The notes below the pieces were generated by a model. It did no database searches. It saw only the letters and a list, made by a program, of their open reading frames with translations, and was not told the origin of the DNA. From a virus (taxonomy: Duplodnaviria; Caudoviricetes), in the IMG/VR virus record IMGVR_UViG_3300048575_000233, positions 1 through 28,471 of that record: a stretch of 28,471 nucleotides of DNA, one strand, 5' to 3'. The translations under genes and the position numbers were made by a program. Positions 16,985-24,743 of this stretch are shown here, piece after piece (within the stretch, counting starts at the first letter, position 1; every line of letters starts with the position of its first letter).

Positions 16985-17302
16985 GTGGATTGGGTTGCAT
17001 TACTGGTTCTCGCCTACCTCACTCGCGCCGCAGCGCGAGTCCAAACAGACGTGACCGCCCACCCCGTCGACCAACCTGGATACGTTAGCGCAGGTTTGGG
17101 AGATTTCCTGCTGGCAGGCTTCCTTTGGTGGTGGCGTAAGCCACCAGTCAACGTGCTCTTTGAGTTTGCGTGGACCCTCGCGCTTTTGGGGGGAATCTAC
17201 TGGCTGCTTGGTCTCGCCACGGCACATGTAGGCCTTCGCCTTGGCCTACTTCTGCTAGCGCCGATTCTGCTCCTTGTTCCCGTCTGGCGGTCACGCCGTT
17301 AG
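16985..17302 (+). CDS. Small membrane protein (105 aa, 3-4 hydrophobic segments)
   Basis: GTG start after GAGGT. Hydrophobic runs WVALLVLAYL, FLLAGFLWWW, VLFEFAWTLALLGGIYWLLGL and LGLLLLAPILLLVPVW. Confidence 0.55.
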   Translation: MDWVALLVLAYLTRAAARVQTDVTAHPVDQPGYVSAGLGDFLLAGFLWWWRKPPVNVLFEFAWTLALLGGIYWLLGLATAHVGLRLGLLLLAPILLLVPVWRSRR

Positions 17303-17483
17303 CGTGGCGCTGGGTTTGCCAAGTGCAATTTCGCCTTCGAAAAAAGCGTCCTTGAGTGACGGCCGAGCGTAGAACCTGCGCGCTGTTTCCTGCACATCGA
17401 TCGGATTCTGCGCCGTGCCCGAATACACACCCATTTCCGCGGAATGCGGCCCCGATGCCGTCGTTCCATCTGCGGCGCCTCGG

Positions 17484-18761
17484 TCAATCCGGGAAGAGGC
17501 GGGCGCACCGTTCTGCGCGAGTGCTCAAGATCTCGACCATCCTCGGAATGACGGGATGATCGAGCCCTTCGTTGCGAGCCTGATCCGCGACCGTATGAAT
17601 GGCCGCCGGCAGGGCGCCTGCCAGATCACGGGCAGCAGTGAGGACATCCTGCTTCGGGAGGCGTGTTTCGACCGCAAACTTCTCCCACTGCCGCGGACCG
17701 ATGTCGTCGATGAGATAGGTGCCGCCGATCTTGTTGGCGAGCTTCAGCTTGTGCGGATCGAAGTCATAGACCAGCGTGCTGGCAACGTCATAAAGAGGCG
17801 CGAGGCGGGCCCGTCCACCAGCGCCGATCAGCATGGAGAAGTTCTTGGCGTGCGCGTCCGTGCCACCGATCAGCCAATTGAACATCAGGGCGCGAGCGAA
17901 GGTCCACTCGTCATCCTGCGGAACGCCCGAGTGGGCTCGAACGACTTCCAGCAGTTCACCCACCGCAGGGCCACCCTCGTTCTGATATTTCTTCGTCGGT
18001 GGCAGCCCGAGCGCCTGGCAGAGATCCTCCTGATGCAGGCGCCGAATGCCGCCTTGGTCACGCAGGCGATCGTAGCGTTCGACGACGATCGCCACCTCGT
18101 CATCGAAGCGCATGACGCGCGACCTCGCGGCAGGAAATCCGAGCGCACGCGCCAGCGCCAGGCACAGATGCTCGTTTTCGGCGTGACCATCGAAGGCGTC
18201 GATCGGCGGCTTCAGGATATGCGTCGTGGCCATGCGTCCCGAGGGTACCCCCCAACGCGCGCCGTCGAAGAGAAGCGCCGTTTTCGGCTGGGCACCGGCC
18301 AGACTGAACTGCCCGGTATCGCGCGCCACGCGCCAGGCCGACTGATCCTTGCGCAGGAGAGCCAGACGTTCGGCAATGTCGCTTGAGGACAGCCATGCCA
18401 CAAAGCCCTGATCGGCGTCCATGAGCGTTGGCACGCGCTCGGGTGGAACCAACTGGATGGCGCCCGCACAATCCTCGCCGACGGCGCCGAGGAGCGCGAA
18501 GGCGTTGCGCGGCGAGACCTGAAAACGCTGCGCCCAACGGGCGAGGATGGCCTCGTTGTCCGGCAGGAGTCCCCAGAGCCAGGGCTCGATCCGTCCATGC
18601 TCATGCTCTGCGACCACGAGCGGCATCGAGAGGGAAAGCGGATAGGCATTGCCGCTCGCCCGCCAGTCGTCATCGTAGACGAAGGTGACACGCCCGGCGC
18701 GCGTGCGGCGGATTTCGCCCATGACACGGCCATCGGCGAGGACGATGAGCACGTCCGTCAT
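17484..18761 (-). CDS. hipA: HipA family Ser/Thr kinase toxin
   Basis: LSLSMP, WGLLPDN, GEDCAGA, SLAGAQPK, HILKP, VERYDR, LHQEDLCQALG, GGTDAHAKNFS and LAPLYD are all intact. Confidence 0.95.
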   Translation of the reverse strand: MTDVLIVLADGRVMGEIRRTRAGRVTFVYDDDWRASGNAYPLSLSMPLVVAEHEHGRIEPWLWGLLPDNEAILARWAQRFQVSPRNAFALLGAVGEDCAGAIQLVPPERVPTLMDADQGFVAWLSSSDIAERLALLRKDQSAWRVARDTGQFSLAGAQPKTALLFDGARWGVPSGRMATTHILKPPIDAFDGHAENEHLCLALARALGFPAARSRVMRFDDEVAIVVERYDRLRDQGGIRRLHQEDLCQALGLPPTKKYQNEGGPAVGELLEVVRAHSGVPQDDEWTFARALMFNWLIGGTDAHAKNFSMLIGAGGRARLAPLYDVASTLVYDFDPHKLKLANKIGGTYLIDDIGPRQWEKFAVETRLPKQDVLTAARDLAGALPAAIHTVADQARNEGLDHPVIPRMVEILSTRAERCARLFPD

Positions 18762-19069
18762 CTGCCATCTCCCTTCAGGGATGAGACGACGGCGTCGATG
18801 TCGTGAGGCGGGATATCAACTGGCGCGATGTCGTCATGATTGCCGGCCCTGCGGTCGGAAGCCTCGCCGTCGACGGAAAGCGTGAGGCCGAGCGTTGCCA
18901 GCGTGCGCAGCACCATGCCGATCTCGGCGCGGGACTTGCCTTGCTCGACCGCCACGAGCCACTGCCGGCCGACGCCGGCCTTCTCCGCAAGCTCGCCTTG
19001 GCTGAGCCCAAGCTTGCGGCGGCGATCGCGAAGGATGAGACCGAGGTCGAGGGGCGTGCGAACATGCAT
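18758..19069 (-). CDS. hipB: HipB-like XRE antitoxin
   Basis: LRDRRRKLGLSQGELAEKAGVGRQWLVAVEQGK. ATG 19069 with a GGAGG RBS. ATGA overlap with hipA. Confidence 0.9.
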   Translation of the reverse strand: MHVRTPLDLGLILRDRRRKLGLSQGELAEKAGVGRQWLVAVEQGKSRAEIGMVLRTLATLGLTLSVDGEASDRRAGNHDDIAPVDIPPHDIDAVVSSLKGDGR

Positions 19070-19083
19070 GGCGCGACCTCCAT

Positions 19084-19180
19084 TGTCGTCGAGCGACGAC
19101 AATATAGCAATGTCGTCGAATGGCGACAAGTGCAAATGTCGCTGATCGACGACTTCTATGCATATCGCCGAACGACGACA
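19084..19180 (-). promoter_or_regulatory. Four HipB-type operators (TGTCG-N8-CGACA) overlapping the hipBA promoter
   Basis: Sites at 19084-19101, 19111-19128, 19137-19154 and 19163-19180. Minus-strand TTGTCG (19129-19124), N17, TATATT (19106-19101). Confidence 0.8.
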
Positions 19181-19224
19181 GGGGCAACCGCATTGCGGGT
19201 AGACACGCAAAGCCCTGCGGAAGA

Positions 19225-19275
19225 TGTCCGGCGGACACTTTTCGCTGAGACGAAAAGCGCCGATGCGGCTAGGTT
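19225..19275 (+). promoter_or_regulatory. Putative late promoter with two adjacent inverted repeats
   Basis: TGTCCG-G-CGGACA (19225-19237) and CTTTTCG-N6-CGAAAAG (19238-19257). GAGACG (19247-19252), N17, TAGGTT (19270-19275). Confidence 0.4.
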
Positions 19276-19326
19276 TCGAGGCATGCTCGCGAGAGGCGCG
19301 TCCAAGGCGCCCCGGCTGAAGGGCCC

Positions 19327-19370
19327 GGGTCCTTCCCGCCCATTATCGTATGCGGGAGGGCGCGGCGCGA
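19327..19370 (+). other. Putative cosQ/cosN packaging site
   Basis: GGGTCCT (19327-19333) is identical to lambda cosQ. It is followed ~21-23 nt later by G-rich GGAGGGCGCGGCG. The terminase is GpA type. Confidence 0.5.
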
Positions 19371-19570
19371 AACGTCGCTAGCGCCGGGCCGGATTTTTTG
19401 GGAAGCCACCCGGAGTCCAGCGCCTTTATTGGCCGCTCCGAAGTCCCGACAAACACAAGCTTTTTTGCCTCGTGGCCGCCTGCCGTGCCTGGACCCTTCG
19501 CGGAGTCCGGCTTGGCATCCGGCATCCAGCGGCCAATCGACGGCAGCACGCCCAGCAATCACCGGACATC

Positions 19571-20890
19571 ATGACCCTCAGCTTCGCCCCCGAAGCGATC
19601 GAGACCTGGCCGCTCGACCGCCTGCGCCCCTATGCGCGCAACGCCAAGACCCATGGCTCGGATCAGGTCGCCAGGATCGCAGCCAGCATGGCGGAGTTCG
19701 GCTGGACGGTGCCGGTGCTGGTGTCGAGCGATGGCGAGGTCATTGCCGGCCATGGCCGCATCCTTGCGGCTGCGCAGCTCGGCCTCACCGAAGCGCCCGT
19801 CATCGTGCTCGATCATCTGACCGACGCGCAGCGTCGCGCTTACCGCATCGCCGACAACAAGCTGACCGAACTCGGGGCCTGGGACGAAGCGCTGCTTTCG
19901 GGCGAGTTGCTGGAACTCGTCGCCGATGAATTCGACCTGTCGCTGATTGGCTTCTCCGATGGCGAACTCGATAAGCTGCTCGCGTTCGAGCCTGGAGCCG
20001 AAGCATCCGACGGCAATGGTGTCGCCCCTGTCGTGATCCCGGAACCGCCGCGCAATCCGGCATCTCGCCTTGGGGATCTGTGGATGCTGGGCGAACACAG
20101 GCTGCTCTGCGGCGACAGCACCAGCCACACCGATGTCCGCCGCCTGATGAATGGCGAGCGGGCCATCCTGTTCGCCACCGACCCGCCCTATCTCGTCGAT
20201 TACGACGGCTCGAACCATCCGACCCGCAACAAGGACTGGTCGCCATCCTACGGCGTGACCTGGGATGACAGCAGCCAGGGAGCGGAACTCTATGACGGGT
20301 TTATCGCGGCGGCCGTTGCCGAGGCGATCACCGAGGACGCCGCCTGGTATTGCTGGCACGCCTCCCGCCGCCAGGCGATGCTGGAGGCCTGCTGGGAGAA
20401 GGCTGGGGCCTTCGTCCATCAGCAGATCATCTGGGTGAAGGACCGCGGGGTTCTGACCCGATCGCATTACCTCTGGAAGCACGAGCCCTGCTTCATGGGC
20501 TGGCGCCGCCCGAACCGGCCGCCGAAAGTGGCCGAGGAAACGCTGCCATCGACATGGGCACTGCCCAGCTTCGCCAAGGACGACCGGCCCGATCACCCGA
20601 CACCAAAGCCGCTCGACGCGTTCGGGATCCCGATGCGCCAGCATGTGGCGCGCGGTGGGCTTTGCTACGAGCCGTTCTCCGGCTCGGGATCGCAGATCAT
20701 GGCTGGCGAAGCCAATGGCCGTCGTGTCTTCGCGATGGAGATCAGCCCGGCCTATGTCGATGTCGCCATCGAACGCTGGCAGGCCGAAACCGGACGCGAG
20801 GCGATCCTCGACGGCGCCGGACGGACCTTCCCGCAAGTGAGAACCGAGCGGCTGGGCGAGACCGCGCATGATAAGGACCCGGCCGCATGA
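19571..20890 (+). CDS. ParB-like N-terminal domain + N6A/N4C DNA methyltransferase
   Basis: PYARNAKTH, IAGHGR and YRIADNKL (ParB-like). HRLLCGDS, TDPPY, HPTPKP and EPFSGSGS (beta-class order). Start moved to ATG 19571. Confidence 0.92.
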   Translation: MTLSFAPEAIETWPLDRLRPYARNAKTHGSDQVARIAASMAEFGWTVPVLVSSDGEVIAGHGRILAAAQLGLTEAPVIVLDHLTDAQRRAYRIADNKLTELGAWDEALLSGELLELVADEFDLSLIGFSDGELDKLLAFEPGAEASDGNGVAPVVIPEPPRNPASRLGDLWMLGEHRLLCGDSTSHTDVRRLMNGERAILFATDPPYLVDYDGSNHPTRNKDWSPSYGVTWDDSSQGAELYDGFIAAAVAEAITEDAAWYCWHASRRQAMLEACWEKAGAFVHQQIIWVKDRGVLTRSHYLWKHEPCFMGWRRPNRPPKVAEETLPSTWALPSFAKDDRPDHPTPKPLDAFGIPMRQHVARGGLCYEPFSGSGSQIMAGEANGRRVFAMEISPAYVDVAIERWQAETGREAILDGAGRTFPQVRTERLGETAHDKDPAA

Positions 20891-21096
20891 AGCAGTCGCG
20901 CGCCATGTCGCTGGTCGAAGCCGTGGCCAACGTGATCATCGGCTATGGGCTTGCAGTCGTCACGCAGATGCTCGTCTTTTCCCTGTTCGGGCTCCACACG
21001 ACACTGGCCGAGAACCTGACGATCGGCGCGATCTTCACCGTCGTGTCGATCGGCAGATCCTACTGCTTGCGAAGGGTCTTTCAGAGAATTAGCTGA
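20887..21096 (+). CDS. Small two-TM phage protein
   Basis: MKQSRAMSLVEAVANVIIGY...RSYCLRRVF. ATGA overlap with the methylase. Confidence 0.8.
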   Translation: MKQSRAMSLVEAVANVIIGYGLAVVTQMLVFSLFGLHTTLAENLTIGAIFTVVSIGRSYCLRRVFQRIS

Positions 21097-21168
21097 ACTC
21101 GTCGTGTAGCGGCCCTTAACCATGCGTGCCAAAATTAACCCTTTCCTTACCATATCGAAGTAAGATAT

Positions 21169-21183
21169 GTTCCTGTTATGTTC
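21169..21183 (+). promoter_or_regulatory. Alphaproteobacterial LexA (SOS) box
   Basis: GTTC-CTGTTAT-GTTC equals GTTC-N7-GTTC with an AT-rich spacer, 12 nt before ATG 21196. Confidence 0.7.
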
Positions 21184-21195
21184 ATGGTAAATCGA

Positions 21196-21954
21196 ATGGC
21201 TAGCGCGACCGCAATCGAATGGACTGACGCAACTTGGAACCCTGTGACGGGTTGCACCAAGATCAGTGCCGGCTGCGACAATTGCTATGCGGAGAGATTT
21301 TCGGAACGCTTTCGCGGAGTGCCCGGCCATCCATTCGAGAGCGGATTCGATCTCACGTTACGTCCCGAGCGGCTCGAACAGCCACTCAAATGGCGCCAAC
21401 CGAAAATGATCTTCGTTAACTCAATGAGCGACTTGTTTCACAAGGATGTGCCATCGCATTTCGTGGACAGGGTTTTCGGTACGATGGAAAGAGCCAATTG
21501 GCACACTTTTCAAATACTGACGAAACGCAGCTCGCTTCTTCGCGACTATATCAACCAGCGTTATTGTGATTCTCCGGCACCCGCTCACGTTTGGCTTGGA
21601 ACATCCGTCGAAGACGGAGCAAGGAAATCAAGAATTCGCCATCTGCAAGAAGCAAATGCATCGATCCGCTTCCTTTCAATTGAACCTCTGATCGGCCCTA
21701 TGGGCGATCTAGATCTCGCCAAAATCGACTGGGTTATCGTTGGGGGAGAAAGTGGGCCGAACGCCCGCCCAATGCATCCTGATTGGGTCCGCGATGTTCG
21801 AGATCAATGCGTTGATGCTGGCGTTTCGTTTTTCTTCAAGCAATGGGGTGGATTTCGTCCGAAATCTGGTGGTCGAGCTCTCGACGGCTTCGAATGGAAT
21901 CAGACACCATTGAGGCAAGCGAATCACGGGATGGTCCCTGTCGCGGCTGAATGA
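21196..21954 (+). CDS. DUF5131 (phage Gp37/Gp68) three-Cys, radical-SAM-like protein
   Basis: IEWTDATWNPVTGCTKISAGCDNCYA (Cx6Cx2C), FVNSMSDLFH, QILTKR, FLSIEPL, WVIVGGESG and FFFKQWGG. Alternative starts at 21178 and 21184. Confidence 0.92.
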   Translation: MASATAIEWTDATWNPVTGCTKISAGCDNCYAERFSERFRGVPGHPFESGFDLTLRPERLEQPLKWRQPKMIFVNSMSDLFHKDVPSHFVDRVFGTMERANWHTFQILTKRSSLLRDYINQRYCDSPAPAHVWLGTSVEDGARKSRIRHLQEANASIRFLSIEPLIGPMGDLDLAKIDWVIVGGESGPNARPMHPDWVRDVRDQCVDAGVSFFFKQWGGFRPKSGGRALDGFEWNQTPLRQANHGMVPVAAE

Positions 21955-21972
21955 TCAGCTCGGTGATAAGCG

Positions 21973-23148
21973 ATGGATGCACCCTATAGTGGCCGGGAAC
22001 AAACACTCGCCAAACATTTCATACTGAGGCGATACCTACAAACGCTAGCCTTTAAACTGCTTGGCGGCGGGCTGCCGGTATTGACATATGTTGACGGTTT
22101 TTCTGGTCCGTGGGAATCAAAGGCTGCGGACTATTCTGATACGTCATTCATGATAGCAATCGGAGTATTGAAAGATGCGCACCAGCGCTTCCGTGAAAAG
22201 GGAACACCAAAAGAAATAAGATGTTTCTTTGTTGAAGAGAACGCTGCAGCTTATCGGCAATTAGAAGCCGCTGTTATGGCTCACCACGATCCCGCCAATG
22301 ACTTTCATGTTGTAACATTCTGTGGGAAATTCGAGGATGCGGTTCCGCAAATTATGCGATTTGTTGGAAGATCATTTGCATTGACCTTCATAGACCCAAC
22401 CGGCTGGACAGGATATCCTTATAACAAAATTGCGCCAATACTGAAGCATCAACCGGGCGAGATACTTGTAAATTTCATGTATGACTACGTGAATAGGTTC
22501 ATTGGCAGTAATGATCCAAAAATAATTGCGACGTTTGATCCAATACTCGGTGGGCCTAACTGGAAGGATAGGCTTGACACAAATCTGCCTCGTGGCCGGG
22601 CGGTTGAGAAGCTCTTTCGAGAAGAACTAAAGAAAATTGGTTGCTTCAAGTATGTTCTCTCGACTTGCATAGAGAAATCGACGGCGGACCGTCCTCATTT
22701 TGCAATCGCCTATGGCACTCGCAGTCCTGAAGGGCTCAAGGCTTTCCGGCAGGTTGAATACGACGCATTGAAGGATCACGGGAAGCGACGAGTCGAGGCA
22801 AAACAGGAACGGCAAGAAGCGCGTACAGGTCAATGCAGTCTATTTGGTGCGAACGATCTCCCCGTATCGAACTCTATTGACGAAATAGTGACAACCAATC
22901 GGGCAGACGCACTGTCGTGGGCAAAGAAATTTGTTCAGGCGGAAGTTAAGTCGGTGAAATTTTCTAAGCTATGTGCTTGTTTGCTAGAAAGATTCATGCT
23001 GCGTGAGACCGACATCAAAGACCTGTGTGTTGAAATGGCAAAGGGTGGCCTCATCAAGGCGCCTTGGTGGGATGATGTTCCGAAGAAGCAAAAACCCCAT
23101 GACCATCACCTCATTGAGTTGGTCCGTGTAGCAACTTCACCGAAGTAA
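21973..23148 (+). CDS. tcmP: Three-Cys-motif partner protein TcmP (methyltransferase-like fold)
   Basis: TLAKHFILRRYL, YVDGFSGPW, FVEEN, FIDPTGW and EILVNFM. Adjacent to DUF5131 and visibly AT-richer than the flanking DNA. Confidence 0.85.
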   Translation: MDAPYSGREQTLAKHFILRRYLQTLAFKLLGGGLPVLTYVDGFSGPWESKAADYSDTSFMIAIGVLKDAHQRFREKGTPKEIRCFFVEENAAAYRQLEAAVMAHHDPANDFHVVTFCGKFEDAVPQIMRFVGRSFALTFIDPTGWTGYPYNKIAPILKHQPGEILVNFMYDYVNRFIGSNDPKIIATFDPILGGPNWKDRLDTNLPRGRAVEKLFREELKKIGCFKYVLSTCIEKSTADRPHFAIAYGTRSPEGLKAFRQVEYDALKDHGKRRVEAKQERQEARTGQCSLFGANDLPVSNSIDEIVTTNRADALSWAKKFVQAEVKSVKFSKLCACLLERFMLRETDIKDLCVEMAKGGLIKAPWWDDVPKKQKPHDHHLIELVRVATSPK

Positions 23149-23168
23149 TCCTGCAAAATACGAGCGGC

Positions 23169-23193
23169 GCCGTCGAGGCTTGACCTCGACGGC
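23169..23193. terminator. Hairpin between convergent genes (probable terminator)
   Basis: GCCGTCGAGG-CTTGA-CCTCGACGGC forms a 10-bp perfect stem. The A-tract at 23155-23158 gives a short U-tract on the minus strand. Confidence 0.6.
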
Positions 23194-23208
23194 CGCGCAC
23201 TGTTCAAG

Positions 23209-23769
23209 TCAGACGATCCTGTAGACCCGCCCGCGCCCCTCGACTTTCTCGGACGTCACTTCGAGCCCGAACTTCTTCTTTAGCGCCCCTGCCATCGCGC
23301 CACGCACCGTATGGGCCTGCCAGCCGGTGGCGGCGGTGATTTCCTCGATGGTTGCGCCGTCCGGCGCGCGCAGCATGGCGATCAGCGAGGCCTGCTTAGT
23401 CCCGGCGCGTGGCGTGCGCGTCGAAGATGCGCGCTCGGGAGCAGCGTCCGGTGTGGGATCCTCCGGCGGCGCTTCTGTCGCGCTCGGGCGCGCAGTGTCG
23501 GCATCATCCGGCTCGATGCCGATGGCGGCAAGACCCGCGTCGGTGGCGACCAGCGTCGTGCCGTGGCCGTCGCCGGTTTCGCGCCAGACCGGTTCGCCCC
23601 GTCGTGCGTTGACTTCGACCTCCTGCAGCAGGCCCTTCGCGATCATCGTGCTGACGACCTTGGCAGCTGCCCCGCCCCGCAGGCTGTCGGGCAGCGGCAG
23701 GGCGATGCGTTCGGGTCGCTGCGCAGCAGCGCTCAGGATGATGGCTTGGGTGTCGGAAAGCTGGGTCAT
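23209..23769 (-). CDS. DUF3489 family protein
   Basis: MTQLSDTQAIILSAAAQR...TKQASLIAMLRAPDGATIEEITAATGWQAHTVRGAMAGALKKK. GGAGGT RBS. Confidence 0.9.
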   Translation of the reverse strand: MTQLSDTQAIILSAAAQRPERIALPLPDSLRGGAAAKVVSTMIAKGLLQEVEVNARRGEPVWRETGDGHGTTLVATDAGLAAIGIEPDDADTARPSATEAPPEDPTPDAAPERASSTRTPRAGTKQASLIAMLRAPDGATIEEITAATGWQAHTVRGAMAGALKKKFGLEVTSEKVEGRGRVYRIV

Positions 23770-23862
23770 TTCAAACCTCCGGTTCGAGAGCGGCGCGACC
23801 ATCGCGGCGCTTCTACGAGGCCAAACCCCGCAATCGCGGGGCTGGCGCGGAGGTCGGTCGAA

Positions 23863-24084
23863 TCATTCGGCGTGTTCGCCCTCGCGGAAGGCGCTGTCGG
23901 TGATGCGCTTCAGCAGTTCCGCGTAGTGGGCGAGCGTCCCGACATGGCCCCAATGCACCTCGTCGGGATGGACCTCGAAATGCTCGTCGCTGAGGGCGGC
24001 AAGCCGGGCCAGCATGGCGTCGATCTCGACCTTGCGGGCGATGAAGGCGTCGAGGGCCTGTGCGTTCTTGGTTCGGCTGGTCAT
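23863..24084 (-). CDS. Small phage hypothetical protein
   Basis: ALDAFIARKVEIDAMLARLAALSDEHF...VHWGHVGTL...EGEHAE. AAGGAG RBS. Confidence 0.85.
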   Translation of the reverse strand: MTSRTKNAQALDAFIARKVEIDAMLARLAALSDEHFEVHPDEVHWGHVGTLAHYAELLKRITDSAFREGEHAE

Positions 24085-24179
24085 CCGGGATCTCCTTGGT
24101 TCGTGACCCCATACAGGCTCTGTCGGGCGCGCTTATCAAGGAAATAAGTGCATCATTTCATTATGTTTTCGGAGCTGGC

Positions 24180-24743
24180 ATGCAGGGCATGAGCGAGCGC
24201 CAGTACGCGTCCCATGTCGGCTTGTCGCGGGGTGCGATCCAGAAGGCGAAGACGTCGGGACGGCTCGTCCTTCATGCTGACGGTTCGATCGATGCGCGGG
24301 CAAGCGATGCGCGCCGCGCGTCCATGACCGACCCCTCGAAGCAGCGCCGGGAAGTCAGCGAGGCAAAGCTGAAGCCCGTCCCCGATGCGGCCTTGTCCGC
24401 AGTCGGCGACACGCTTCGTGAAAGCGGCATCGCACCGGCCCCGGCCGGCGGCGGAACCACGTTCCTCCAGGCCAAGACCGCCAACGAGGTGCTGAAGGCT
24501 CAGGAACGGCGTCTGCGTCTGCAGCGCATGAAGGGCGAACTGGTCGATCGAGCCCGCGCCACCGCGCTGGTGTTCCGCTTGGCGCGGGAAGAACGCGACG
24601 CCTGGATCACCTGGCCGGTGCGTGTCGCCGCCCTGATGGCTGCGGAGTTGGGTGTCGACGCCCATTCGATGCAGAAGACGTTGGAGACCCATGTCCGTGC
24701 CCACCTCGCAGACATGGCCGAGGTCGCGCCCGATTTCAGATGA
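24180..24743 (+). CDS. terS: Probable terminase small subunit (Nu1-like)
   Basis: N-terminal HTH MSERQYASHVGLSRGAIQKA and coiled coil KAQERRLRLQRMKGELV. Directly upstream of the GpA terminase. GGAG RBS. Confidence 0.75.
   Translation: MQGMSERQYASHVGLSRGAIQKAKTSGRLVLHADGSIDARASDARRASMTDPSKQRREVSEAKLKPVPDAALSAVGDTLRESGIAPAPAGGGTTFLQAKTANEVLKAQERRLRLQRMKGELVDRARATALVFRLAREERDAWITWPVRVAALMAAELGVDAHSMQKTLETHVRAHLADMAEVAPDFR

Noticed and set aside
19084-19180. Regular repeats as a mini-CRISPR
   Set aside because: The units are 18-bp palindromes with 8-9-bp gaps, far too short for spacers. They fit HipB operators.
24134-24146. IHF-like site before terS
   Set aside because: TATCAAGGAAATA has a mismatch in the TTR element and no other support.
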